DNA from: Capsulimonadaceae bacterium
GTDB taxonomy: Bacteria; Armatimonadota; Armatimonadia; Armatimonadales; Capsulimonadaceae
DNA: 64,000 bases
Direction of reading: 5' to 3'
NCBI GenBank assembly: GCA_965215505.1
Contig: OZ244065.1
Location: 4,160,001-4,224,000, forward strand
The notes under the pieces were generated by a model that was given only the letters and a program-made list of their open reading frames with translations, was not told the origin of the DNA and searched no databases. Numbering within the stretch: the stretch's first letter is position 1; the number at the start of each line of letters is the position of its first letter. A program made the translations under genes and the position numbers. Of this stretch, positions 18,527 to 28,745 are shown piece after piece.

Positions 18527-20089
18527 ATGACGAACACCAACAGCGGTGGTTTCACGCTTTCCGTGTGGTTTACGGCCCAGGACGTGAACAACCTGCTCGC
18601 AGACACGACCGGTCTCCAGAGCGCCGTCACCTGGTGTCAACGCCTCGGCGTCACGAAAGTCTACCTGGAAGCCTTCGGGCGGGGCCTGTATGCCGACCGC
18701 GAGGCGCTCCGGGAGGCGAAAAACAGGTTTCTGGACGAAGGCTTTCCGGTCTCGAGCGGCGTCACAACCACCAAGTTCGGGAAAGACGATTTCGGTGATG
18801 AGTGGAAAGCCCAATGCTACACCGATCCCGGGACACAGCAAGGGCTCCAGCGGATCTTTTAGTACGCTGCTTCCCTGTTCGATGAGATCATTATAGACGA
18901 TTGGTATTTCACAAATTGCAAATGCGCGGAATGTCTCGCCGCCCGTGGGGATTATACCTGGGCCAAATATTACGGCGATCTGATGGTCCGCATGAGCCGG
19001 GAACGTGTCATGCAGCCGGCCCACGCCGTCAACCCGAATGTGAAAGTCATCATCAAATACCCCCAGTGGTATGACCAGTTTCACATGCGCGGGTACGAAG
19101 TGGTCCGTCAGCCGGAAATCTTTGACGGCGTCTGGGCCGGCACCGAGGCGCGCAACTTCGATGAGGACACCACCGTGGGTTACGAGATCGGCTACAACGC
19201 TTACTTCAACATGCGGTGGCTCGGCAGTCTGGGCCATGTCGGCGGCGGCTGGTTCGATTCCGGCCGAACGACGGAACAGACCTTCGTCGAGCAGGCCCGG
19301 CATACCGTCCTCGGCGGCGGCCGGGAAATGATCCTGTGGTGCTACAGTCACTTGCAGCAGGAAACGACCGGCACGGGCGCGATTAAAGCGACCCCCGCCG
19401 CCAATGTCAAGGCGCTGGCCAAGGAACTTCCCGGACTGGCCAAACTCGCGGGAATCGTCCAGGGCAAGCCGATCCACGGCGTTCACCTGCTGAAACCGGG
19501 CAACAGTGAGCCGTTTGAGGAAGAGTGGGTGTGCAGCTTCCTGGGCAATCTAGGGATCCCATTCGTGCCGGCCAGCAAGATCGATGCCCAGGCCGCGTCC
19601 GCGGTCTTCCCGGTGCAGGCGCTGAAAGAGCCGAACTTCCTCGGCATGCTTCGCCGAATGCTCTCTCAAGGCACGCCCATCGTGATCACGGACGGGCTTG
19701 CCAAACGACTGACCGCGCACCCGGACCTGTTTCAGAATGAGAAACTGACCGTCCTGAATGTTCAGGAGAACCCCCGAGTGCTATTACAAATCACCCGCGA
19801 GGAACTCAAGCCCCTCCGGGAGAAACTGCTGGCGCCGCTGGGCCTGACGTTCGACGCGCCCAACAAAGTAGAGTTGTATCTCTTCGGGGACAGCCATTTC
19901 GTCGTGGAGAACATCAATGACGCCGCCGTGGATGTCACCCTCGGTCTGCTGCACGTCTCCACGATCCGCACCGCGCTGATCCTGCCGGAAGACGGGGGCA
20001 CGGCGGATGTTTCCCTGAGCGGCAAGAGCGTGACGATTCAAAACCTTTCGCCGCGGACGCTGGTCGCCGTGGAATATCAGTCGTCTTGA
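18527..20089 (+). pseudogene. Glycoside-hydrolase-like hypothetical protein interrupted by an in-frame TAG
   Basis: ...LQRIF*YAASLFDEIIIDDWYFTNC...; TAG at 18860-18862 and the same frame continues to 20089. Confidence 0.75.
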
Positions 20090-20105
20090 AGGAGTATAAC
20101 GGACT

Positions 20106-23100
20106 GTGGTGATTCTTCGAAGCCTGCTGAGGGCGGCGCTATGGGGCGCCCTGTGTTCTGCCGTTCTATGGGCTGATGTGAGCGCAAAGGCGCAGGGGCC
20201 GGCCCACACGGCGGGAAATCCTTTTTTGCATCCGTTGTTCTCCGACAATGCCGTCCTGCAGCGTGACCGGCCGCTGCCCGTCTGGGGCTGGACAAAGCCG
20301 GGGACAACGGTCGCCGTCACACTGGACGACAGCCGCAAGCAGACCGCGGTGGCGGCGGCGGATGGCCGCTGGACCGTGACGCTCGCGCCACACCCGGCCG
20401 GCGGCCCCCACTCCCTCAGCGTGTCGGACCCGGAGACCGGCGACTCGGCCACGCGCAGCAACCTCGCGTTCGGCGATGTCTGGCTGTGCGGCGGGCAGTC
20501 CAACATGGCGTTCGACATCCGAGGCACCAACAATGCGGACGCCGAGCGGGCCGCTGCCGATCACCCGGACATCCGCCTGCTTCGGGTGCCGAACGCCATC
20601 ATCGCCGCCCCGCGGGAGAGCTTTGACGGCGCCGTCTGGCACGTCTGCTCGCCGCAGACGATCCTGGAGTTCTCGGCGGTCGGCTACTACTTCGGGCGCG
20701 ACCTCCAGCACGCCCTCAAGGTCCCCATCGGCCTAATCGATTCGACTTGGGCCGGGACTGTGGGCCAGGCGTGGGTGAGCGGCCCGGCGCTGGCGACGAT
20801 GACCGACTTCAAACCCGCAGTAGAATCCCTTTCCTTCAGCGCATCCACGCCGGGAACTTATGCCGAGCAGAAGCTCGTGTGGTGGCGGCACGACCCCGGC
20901 ACGGTCGCGCATCAGGAAGCGCCTGAATTTAATGACGCCGCCTGGCAGGCCATGACCCTGCCGGGCGCTTGGGAAGACAAGGGTTTCCCCAATTTTGACG
21001 GTGTGATGTGGTTCCGGCGGACCGTAGATGTGCCGGCGGGATGGGCCGGACGCGATCTGCGTCTGGACCTGGGCAACGTGGACGACCAGGACGCCACCTA
21101 TTGGAACGGCGCGCTCGTCGGCGCCACTGACGCTGTTCAGCAGGAGCGCCACTACACCGTGCCGGGGGCGCAGGTGAAGGCGGGGCGCAACGTCCTCGCG
21201 GTGCGCGTGCTGGACACCGGCGGCGGAGGAGGACTCCTCGGCCCCGCGCTGTCCATGAAAAGCGGGACCGAGACAGTCTCGCTCGGCGGCGCGTGGAAAG
21301 CGCATCCGGGGCCGGCGCTGCACAGCCTGCCCCCAGTCCCGCAGCAGTTGACCGACCCCGACACGCCCACGTCGCTGTTCAACGGCAAGATTGCGCCTCT
21401 GGTCCCCGCCCAGATAAAGGGCGTGATCTGGTATCAAGGCGAATCCAACGCCGACCATTCTGAGCAAGCCGTCCAATACCGGACGCTGCTGCCGCTTCTG
21501 ATCAACGACTGGCGCGCCCATTTCGGGGCGCACCTGCCCTTTTACATCGTGCAGCTGGCGAACTTCCGAAAGCCCCAGGACCAGCCGATGAGCAGTGACG
21601 TGTGGCCCTTGATGCGTGAGGCGCAATTGCAGACCTCGCAGCGTCTCCCCGACGCGCCGCTGGTCGTCACCTCCGACCTCGGCGAAGTCGACAACGTCCA
21701 CTTCCACAACAAGCAGGAGCTGGGCCGCCGCCTGGAGCTGAGCGCGCTCAACCACACCTATGGCGTCCCGGTGGAAAGCAGCGGCCCGACCCTCAAGAGC
21801 GCCAAAGCGGCGGCCGGCGTGATCCGACTGACGTTCGACCACGCGCCGGGGCTGAACCTGAAAGGGGACGTCGGCCACGTCTTCGTCGTGGCGGGTGCCG
21901 ACAAGAAGTTCCAATGGGCAACGCCGCAGATCGCGGGCCGCGTGGTGACGCTCCGCAGCGCCGCCGTCCCCGCACCACTTTATGCGCGCTTCGGCTGGTC
22001 CGACAACCCGCGCGCCTCGGTCTACAACGCCGCCGGGCTTCCGGCTTCGCCCTTCCGCACGGATCAGGACTACGTCCAGACTCAGGGGCCGGCGAAAGAT
22101 CAGGTGGAGGCAGTGTATAACGCCTGGAACGAGGCGTTCCTGGCGCAGTCGGACGGCACGGCGTATTACACGACCACGCGGCACGGCTCCGTCCCGGAAG
22201 GGACCTGGGTGGGAGCGCTGGATGTCGAGATGGCGGAGGATGTGTGCTTGCGGACGCGCACTCCGGCCCAGATGCAGCTGCTCAACGCGCTGCTGAGGAC
22301 TTTTCTCGCCCAGAACGACTTCGTCTGGTCCCAGGACACCTGGAACGACGACCTCGCGTGGATGACCCTGGCGATGCTGCACGGCTATCAGATCACGGGC
22401 AACGCGACGTTCCTGAAGAAAGCAGTTTCCGCGTGGAATATCGCCTACGACCGGGGGTGGGACACCAAATACGGCGGCGGCGGGATCTGGGAGAACATGG
22501 ACAACTTTGTCCACGGCGACGGGAGGGCCGACAAATGTTCTCTCAGCAACAATCCGTTCGTCACGGCAGGCGTGGCGCTGTATCAGATCACCGGGGACGC
22601 GGCCTACCTGACCAAGTCCGAAGCCATCTACGCCTGGGTGCGCGCCAACCTCTTCAGCACCACGACCGGCCAGGTCAACGAGGGCGTGAAATGGCCCATC
22701 GGCAACCCCACCGGCGGCTTCCTGGAGAACTCCGACAACGTCTACAACAGCGGTTCCTTCCTGGAAGCCGCCGACACCCTTTTCCGCGTGACCGGCAAGG
22801 CGCAGTATTATCAGGATGCGCGGCTGGCAGCAAACCATATCGTTGACCACATGCTCGTCCTCCATGACGGCGGCCGGTATCAGACCCAGTGGGCCTATCG
22901 GTTCGTCAAGGGGCTGAGCGAGTTCGCCACGGAAAACCATCTCTGGCCGCAGTACCTCCCGTGGATGCTCCGCAACGCCCAGGCCGCCTGGAACGCGCGG
23001 GACAGCAGCGGCCTCACCTGGAACGACTGGACCAAGCCGACCGACGACCCGAAGATCGACGCCAATGAAACCTCCAGCGCCGTCGCCGTCTGGCAGTGGC

Positions 23101-23654
23101 TGCCGCCGCCGCGCCCGCTGGTCCCTTCGGGCCGCTACGAGGTCGTCAACGCCGCCAGCCGTCTGCCGCTGAAGGTCGCCGGGTCCTCCCTCGCCGCCGG
23201 CGCCCCGGTGGCGCAGGGCAAATCTCAGGGCGGCGCGGGCGTGCTGTGGACCTTCGTGCCGACCGGAGGCGGCTACTGTCAGATCAAAAACGTGAAAAGC
23301 GGCCTGGTCGCCGGTGTCGCGGCTGACTCGGTGCAGTCCGGGGCGAAGATCGTCCAGCGGCCCGCCCAGGGGTTCCACCCCGGCAGCGATGAGTGGCAGC
23401 CGATCCAGAATGCGGACGGAACGTACTCGTTCTACAACCTCAACAGCCTTCAGGCTCTGGAAGACCCCAACGGCGCCGCCGCGCCGGGGACTCCGATGGA
23501 TCAGGGGTTCGCCGACGGCTCACCGGCGCAGAGGTTCACTCTGATCGCGCAGAACGTCTCCGGTGGGACCGGCCAAACGCAGCAAAAGCAGACCCGCCCA
23601 AAAGGGATGGACAGTACGCTTCGTATTGAACGCCATTTCGCAGGGCATCATTAA
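20106..23654 (+). CDS. Sialate O-acetylesterase (SASA) - GH76 - ricin/CBM13 multidomain enzyme
   Basis: GDVWLCGGQSNM and IKGVIWYQGESN (SASA); WNDDLAW, GGGIW, YNSGSF (GH76); C-terminal ricin-type repeats. Confidence 0.85.
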   Translation: MVILRSLLRAALWGALCSAVLWADVSAKAQGPAHTAGNPFLHPLFSDNAVLQRDRPLPVWGWTKPGTTVAVTLDDSRKQTAVAAADGRWTVTLAPHPAGGPHSLSVSDPETGDSATRSNLAFGDVWLCGGQSNMAFDIRGTNNADAERAAADHPDIRLLRVPNAIIAAPRESFDGAVWHVCSPQTILEFSAVGYYFGRDLQHALKVPIGLIDSTWAGTVGQAWVSGPALATMTDFKPAVESLSFSASTPGTYAEQKLVWWRHDPGTVAHQEAPEFNDAAWQAMTLPGAWEDKGFPNFDGVMWFRRTVDVPAGWAGRDLRLDLGNVDDQDATYWNGALVGATDAVQQERHYTVPGAQVKAGRNVLAVRVLDTGGGGGLLGPALSMKSGTETVSLGGAWKAHPGPALHSLPPVPQQLTDPDTPTSLFNGKIAPLVPAQIKGVIWYQGESNADHSEQAVQYRTLLPLLINDWRAHFGAHLPFYIVQLANFRKPQDQPMSSDVWPLMREAQLQTSQRLPDAPLVVTSDLGEVDNVHFHNKQELGRRLELSALNHTYGVPVESSGPTLKSAKAAAGVIRLTFDHAPGLNLKGDVGHVFVVAGADKKFQWATPQIAGRVVTLRSAAVPAPLYARFGWSDNPRASVYNAAGLPASPFRTDQDYVQTQGPAKDQVEAVYNAWNEAFLAQSDGTAYYTTTRHGSVPEGTWVGALDVEMAEDVCLRTRTPAQMQLLNALLRTFLAQNDFVWSQDTWNDDLAWMTLAMLHGYQITGNATFLKKAVSAWNIAYDRGWDTKYGGGGIWENMDNFVHGDGRADKCSLSNNPFVTAGVALYQITGDAAYLTKSEAIYAWVRANLFSTTTGQVNEGVKWPIGNPTGGFLENSDNVYNSGSFLEAADTLFRVTGKAQYYQDARLAANHIVDHMLVLHDGGRYQTQWAYRFVKGLSEFATENHLWPQYLPWMLRNAQAAWNARDSSGLTWNDWTKPTDDPKIDANETSSAVAVWQWLPPPRPLVPSGRYEVVNAASRLPLKVAGSSLAAGAPVAQGKSQGGAGVLWTFVPTGGGYCQIKNVKSGLVAGVAADSVQSGAKIVQRPAQGFHPGSDEWQPIQNADGTYSFYNLNSLQALEDPNGAAAPGTPMDQGFADGSPAQRFTLIAQNVSGGTGQTQQKQTRPKGMDSTLRIERHFAGHH

Positions 23655-23664
23655 GGCATCATTG

Positions 23665-24477
23665 ATGACAGTCACACGACTTTTAATTCAGGTTCTGATA
23701 CCGGCGATGACGCTTCTCGCCGGGGCGCTCGGAGCGGCCCGCGCACAGACGGCCCCAGCCACGGGGCAGGTTGTCTGCCACGGCGACAGCCTGACCTGGG
23801 GCGCCAACGCCTCGGCGGGCCTGGGGACGCCCGGCGTGCTCCGGGAGCAGGCGACCGGCGCCCGTTTCGGCGCCGATGCTTCCCCCAATCAGGGGGCACT
23901 CACCGACACGACCTACCCGGCGGTGCTTGCCAGAACGCTCGGCCCCGCCTGGCGCGTCCGCAGTCTGGGGACGGGTGGATGGAACTTTGACCCGCTGACC
24001 GGTGAAGCCCCCACCAAGATAGACCCCCTGTTCGACCCGCGCGTGGCCCAGAACGTGCTGATCCTCTTCGGCGGCACCAACGATCTCGGCGGCGCGCATA
24101 GGAGCGCCGAAACGACCTTCAACAGATTGGTAGCCTATTGCCGGGCGCGGAAGGCTGCGCACCCGTGGCGCATCCTCGTCGTTACGCCGCCGGTGGCCGC
24201 CTATCCCGGCGTTTATCCCGCCGACTTTGACGCCCAGATGGTGCAGTACGGCGCCCTGATTCGCCGGAACTGGCGAGGGTTCGCCGACGGAATTGTGGAC
24301 GTTCAGGCCGATCCCCGATTGGGCGCTCCGGGAGCGGAGCGCAACCCCGTCTATTTCAACAGCCGCGACTTCACGCACCTGACCGACGCCGGCTATGCCA
24401 TCGTCGGGCGCGACGCTGCCGTCGCTGTCGTTCGGCTGTCCACGCGGTTTCCACGCCGTACCCAAGGCAATCTATGA
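23665..24477 (+). CDS. SGNH/GDSL hydrolase
   Basis: HGDSLTWG, GGTND, DFTHL; signal peptide. Confidence 0.88.
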   Translation: MTVTRLLIQVLIPAMTLLAGALGAARAQTAPATGQVVCHGDSLTWGANASAGLGTPGVLREQATGARFGADASPNQGALTDTTYPAVLARTLGPAWRVRSLGTGGWNFDPLTGEAPTKIDPLFDPRVAQNVLILFGGTNDLGGAHRSAETTFNRLVAYCRARKAAHPWRILVVTPPVAAYPGVYPADFDAQMVQYGALIRRNWRGFADGIVDVQADPRLGAPGAERNPVYFNSRDFTHLTDAGYAIVGRDAAVAVVRLSTRFPRRTQGNL

Positions 24478-27400
24478 AAATCCAACCTCTCGCCGCTCTC
24501 TTGTCGCCGCTCCTCGCCGCGCTCGCCTTCCCCGCAAACGCGCAGGATGCCGGGCCGGTTTCGCCCGCGTCGCTCCCGCTGCCGCTGCCGGCCGCCGCGC
24601 CGATGCCGCCGGACCAGCTGCGCGCCCGCAACCCATGGAACCTGGCGATGACCGGGACATGGCGGTTCCAGCTGACACACGGGCAGATCGTCGCCGGGCA
24701 GTTCCATCCATCCGCCTCGGCGTTGGCCGGCCTAACAGCGTCCAGCAGCGAGACCGGCAATCCGCCGGAAAACGCCTTCGACGGCAGCGCGGACACGCGC
24801 TGGTGCGCCAGCGGCGGCACTTTCCCGCAGTGGCTCCAGGCAGATCTGGGCAAAACGCGCCATGTCAACGGCGTGACTCTCCTTTGGGAAAACGCGGACG
24901 ACCGCTATGAGTGCCGCATTGAAGGGCGCAACGAGGGTGGGGCGTGGAAGACCCTGGCCGACGAGTCCGCCGCGCCGGGGGTTGGCGACGGCCCCGTCGC
25001 ACTGACGCCCGCCGATGTCCGCGAAGTCCGCATCACGGTCCTCAGCAACTCCGGCCCGCACTGGGCCTCGCTGCGGGAGTTCGGCATCCAAACCACCGAG
25101 AACGGACAGCAGGCCGCCTGGAAGCCGCCGGTCCCGAAGGAAAACCTTCCGGCGGTCCGGGACGCCTTCGCCGCGCCCGGCTTCAACGACGCCAAGTGGG
25201 ACGCCATCTCCGTCCCCTCCAACTGGGAGATGCTCGGCTACTCCCTGCCGACCTACGACAGCGTGGATGATACCGTCGGCCTGTACCGGCGCTACGTCAC
25301 CGTCCCGGCTTCGTGGGCGGGGCGGCGCATCTTCTGGCACTTCGACGGCGCATTGGACGGCGCGGAGGTCTGGGTGAACGGGCACAAGGCCGGCTACCAC
25401 GAGAGCGGATACACGGCCTGGGACATCAACCTGACGGGCCTGGTCAAGCCGGGCCGGCGCAACCTGTTCGCCGTGCGCGTCTCCAAGACTACGCCGTCCG
25501 ATGACGCCGAGACCGGCGACTACCAGTGCATGGGCGGCATCTACCGGGACACGTCCCTGATCGCCGTCCCGCAGACGCACGTCAGCGACATCACGGTGCG
25601 GACGCCGCTGGCCGCGAACGACAAAGACGCGACCCTGTTCACGCAACTGGGCGTCACGGGGACGCCGGGCCAGACGGTCGCGGTCGTGGGGCGGCTGATG
25701 CACAGCAGCGGGCAGCCCGCCGGCGTGAAGCTCACCGGCCAGGGCCGCGTGGGGACGGATGGGACGGCGCAGATCGCGATGAGCGCCCCGGTGAAAGTGC
25801 CCAAGCTCTGGTCGGCGGAGAAGCCGAACCTGTACTACGTCGTCTTCTCGCTGGCGGAGAACGGCAAACCCGTCGAGACCGTGGAGCAGCGGTTCGGCTT
25901 CAAGCAGATCGAGATCAAGAACAAGATCGTGCTGTGGAACGGGATGCCGATCAAATGCACCGGCGTCTGCCGTCACGATGAATGGGCTGACCGGGGCTTT
26001 GCCTTGGCCGAGGCCAACTGGGTCAAGGACCTGACGCTGATGAAGGCGGCCAACATCAACGCCATCCGCACCAGCCACTACAACCATTCCCAGCGGTTTC
26101 TGGAACTGTGTGAAGAACGCGGGATGTACATCCTCGACGAAGTCCCTTACTGCTGGATCGGCGACAAGGTCAAGGACCCCCGGTACGCCCCATTCCTGTT
26201 GCAGCGCGCGCAGGAGACGCTGGCGCGGGACAAGAACCGCCCCTGCGTCCTTGCCTGGAGCCTGGGCAACGAGAACCCCGGCGGCGTGGACTCCCAGGAA
26301 GTCGTGGACCTGGTGAAGCGGGCCGACCCGACCCGACCAGCCTTCGTCTCAGAGCAAGGTCCTAACAGCATCAAAGGCCAGGCCTGGAACGACAGTCACT
26401 ATCCCGATCCGGGCAACGTAGACCGTCTGGCCCAGGACCCGAACTGGGGCGCGAACATCTCGGAGCATCCGCACACCTTTTATGAGAAGGAAGTGCAGGA
26501 ATACGACCCCGGAATGTCCGATCTCTGGTCGGAAGCGCTCATCAAGACCTGGGACAAACTGTGGCAGGACCCGACCATCCTCGGCTCGTTCATCTGGGAG
26601 TGGCAGAACCAGGGCGTCGCCGACAAGAACGCCGACAGGACGGTTGACTTCTACTACGGCGTTGACCACATGCGCCAGGAGAACAACAAAGGCATCGTGT
26701 CCGCTTACCGGGTGCCGAAGCCCGAGTGGTGGATCGTCAAGAGCGTCTACAGCCCGGTCGTCGTCACTGCCCGCACCGTCAGTCCGGCCAACGGGGCCTG
26801 CGCCGTGCCGGTCACGAACCACTACTCGTTCACTGATCTTCGAGAGCTGACCTGCCGCTGGACCGCGCTGAACGGCAGTGCCACGCTGGAAAGCGGCGGT
26901 TTGCATCTGGCCTGCGGGCCGATGCAGTCCACAACCGCCTCGCTCCCGGCCCCCGCCGGCATGACGGCGCTGCGCCTGGAGTTCCTGCACCCGGACGGCA
27001 GCTCGGTCATCGCGTATAACCTGGCCGTGGACGGCGCTCCGCTGCCCGCCGCGCCCCCGGCGCCGGCAGGGGGCGGCGCTCTGGCCGCGCAGGACGGCCC
27101 GAGTGTTCTTTCCGTCCGCAGTGCGCTTCAGCAAATCGCCTTTGACAAGCACACCGGGGCCGTTCAGTCCTGGCGCGTCGGCGGCCGGGACGTGCTGACC
27201 GGCGGCCCGACGCTCAACCTGGGCGAAGGGAAAGGCAAGAACAAGGGCGGCGACGACAACGGCATTTACCGCGCCGATGGGCCGCCCGTCACGACCGACG
27301 CCCAGGTGTCGGCGACGCCGGGCGCGGGCGGGGCCATGCGCGTCGCCGTGACGAGCGCCGTCCTCGCGGCGGGCGGGGCGCCCCTGGGAACGCTCGCGAC

Positions 27401-27890
27401 CACTTACGACATCACGCCGGACGCGCAGCTGACCGTCCACTGGACCCTGAACTGGACCGCTGCCGACGTCCGCCTGTGGGAAGATGGCCTGAAGGTCACG
27501 CTCCCGGCGGGGATGACCCGGATGGCCTGGCAGCGCGACTCGTTCTTCACCGATTATCCCGCTGGGCATCTGGGCGAGCCGTCGGGGGCGGCGCGGGCCG
27601 GGGAGACCCTGTTCCGTGCCTCAAAGCGCGGCCTGCACTGGCTGACGCTCTCGGACGGCAGCGGCGCGGGCCTCGCGCTGCTGGCGGCGGACACGCCTTT
27701 GCTGGGCCGCGCCGACCCGGCATCGGGCGGCGTGACGCTGTTCGCCAGCCGCGAAGCCTCCGGCGACTACGGCCTCAGCCGCCAGTGGGTGGACGACCAT
27801 ACCATCCGCGCCGTCAAGGGCCGGTCCCTTTCCGGTGCCTTCGCGTTGCGCGCCATCTCTGCGCCCGGCAGGGCCGCCGCACTGAAGTAG
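24474..27890 (+). CDS. GH2 beta-galactosidase-like enzyme with an inserted CBM32 (F5/8) module
   Basis: ENAFDGSADTRW...QWLQADLG; GGIYRD, GVCRHD, NAIRTSHY, WSLGNE. Confidence 0.9.
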   Translation: MKIQPLAALLSPLLAALAFPANAQDAGPVSPASLPLPLPAAAPMPPDQLRARNPWNLAMTGTWRFQLTHGQIVAGQFHPSASALAGLTASSSETGNPPENAFDGSADTRWCASGGTFPQWLQADLGKTRHVNGVTLLWENADDRYECRIEGRNEGGAWKTLADESAAPGVGDGPVALTPADVREVRITVLSNSGPHWASLREFGIQTTENGQQAAWKPPVPKENLPAVRDAFAAPGFNDAKWDAISVPSNWEMLGYSLPTYDSVDDTVGLYRRYVTVPASWAGRRIFWHFDGALDGAEVWVNGHKAGYHESGYTAWDINLTGLVKPGRRNLFAVRVSKTTPSDDAETGDYQCMGGIYRDTSLIAVPQTHVSDITVRTPLAANDKDATLFTQLGVTGTPGQTVAVVGRLMHSSGQPAGVKLTGQGRVGTDGTAQIAMSAPVKVPKLWSAEKPNLYYVVFSLAENGKPVETVEQRFGFKQIEIKNKIVLWNGMPIKCTGVCRHDEWADRGFALAEANWVKDLTLMKAANINAIRTSHYNHSQRFLELCEERGMYILDEVPYCWIGDKVKDPRYAPFLLQRAQETLARDKNRPCVLAWSLGNENPGGVDSQEVVDLVKRADPTRPAFVSEQGPNSIKGQAWNDSHYPDPGNVDRLAQDPNWGANISEHPHTFYEKEVQEYDPGMSDLWSEALIKTWDKLWQDPTILGSFIWEWQNQGVADKNADRTVDFYYGVDHMRQENNKGIVSAYRVPKPEWWIVKSVYSPVVVTARTVSPANGACAVPVTNHYSFTDLRELTCRWTALNGSATLESGGLHLACGPMQSTTASLPAPAGMTALRLEFLHPDGSSVIAYNLAVDGAPLPAAPPAPAGGGALAAQDGPSVLSVRSALQQIAFDKHTGAVQSWRVGGRDVLTGGPTLNLGEGKGKNKGGDDNGIYRADGPPVTTDAQVSATPGAGGAMRVAVTSAVLAAGGAPLGTLATTYDITPDAQLTVHWTLNWTAADVRLWEDGLKVTLPAGMTRMAWQRDSFFTDYPAGHLGEPSGAARAGETLFRASKRGLHWLTLSDGSGAGLALLAADTPLLGRADPASGGVTLFASREASGDYGLSRQWVDDHTIRAVKGRSLSGAFALRAISAPGRAAALK

Positions 27891-27917
27891 CAGACCGTCA
27901 GCCCCGGAGGAAAACTC

Positions 27918-28745
27918 ATGAAACAACTCAACGCAGTGCCACGTTCACTTTTGGCCCTCGCCGTGGCGGTGAACGCCCTGATGGTCGGGGCACTGACGCT
28001 CGGCCCCGGCGGCAGCCGCCCGGCACTGGCGCAGGCCAGCGCGGACACGGCCTCCCCCCTGCCGGCCTCCCCCCTGCCGGCCGCCCCCGTGCCGGCGAAC
28101 GCAAACGCGGCCCCGGAGATGAACGCGTTCTGGGAGGCCGATAAGAAGCAAAGGCCGCCCAGCGGCGCCGTGCTCTTTATGGGCAGTTCCAGCGTCAAAC
28201 TGTGGGCGACTCTGGCGCAGGACTTTTCGGAGATCCCCGTCATCAACCGTGGCTTCGGCGGCTCGCTCATTCAGGACAGCACGCAGTACGCCGACCGCAT
28301 CGCCGTCCCGTACAGGCCGAAGCTGATTATCATGTTCGCCGGCACCAACGACCTGGCCTACGGCAACAAGAGTCCGCAGCAGGTCCTCCAGGACTATCAG
28401 AACTTCGTGGCGAAGATCCACGCGGCGCTGCCGGACACGCGCATCGCCTTCATCTCGATCAGCCCCACCGTGGCGCGCTGGAACAACGAGGCCAACATCC
28501 TGGAAGCGAACCATCTGATTCAGGAATTCATCTTCAAGAATAACTCGGCGACCGAGAGTCTCAGCTTCATTGACACGCACTCACGGCTGCTGACCGCCGA
28601 CGGCCATCCGCAGCCCGGCTTGCTGCGGTCGGACGGGCTGCACTTCAACACGGAAGGCTACAAAGTGTTCACGGCCATCGTCAAGCCGCAGATCATGGCC
28701 CTGGCGGCGATGGAGGGCGTCCGGTGCCTGGATCAGCAAAAATGA
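27918..28745 (+). CDS. SGNH/GDSL esterase
   Basis: FMGSSS, NRGFGGS, AGTND, DGLH. Confidence 0.88.
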   Translation: MKQLNAVPRSLLALAVAVNALMVGALTLGPGGSRPALAQASADTASPLPASPLPAAPVPANANAAPEMNAFWEADKKQRPPSGAVLFMGSSSVKLWATLAQDFSEIPVINRGFGGSLIQDSTQYADRIAVPYRPKLIIMFAGTNDLAYGNKSPQQVLQDYQNFVAKIHAALPDTRIAFISISPTVARWNNEANILEANHLIQEFIFKNNSATESLSFIDTHSRLLTADGHPQPGLLRSDGLHFNTEGYKVFTAIVKPQIMALAAMEGVRCLDQQK

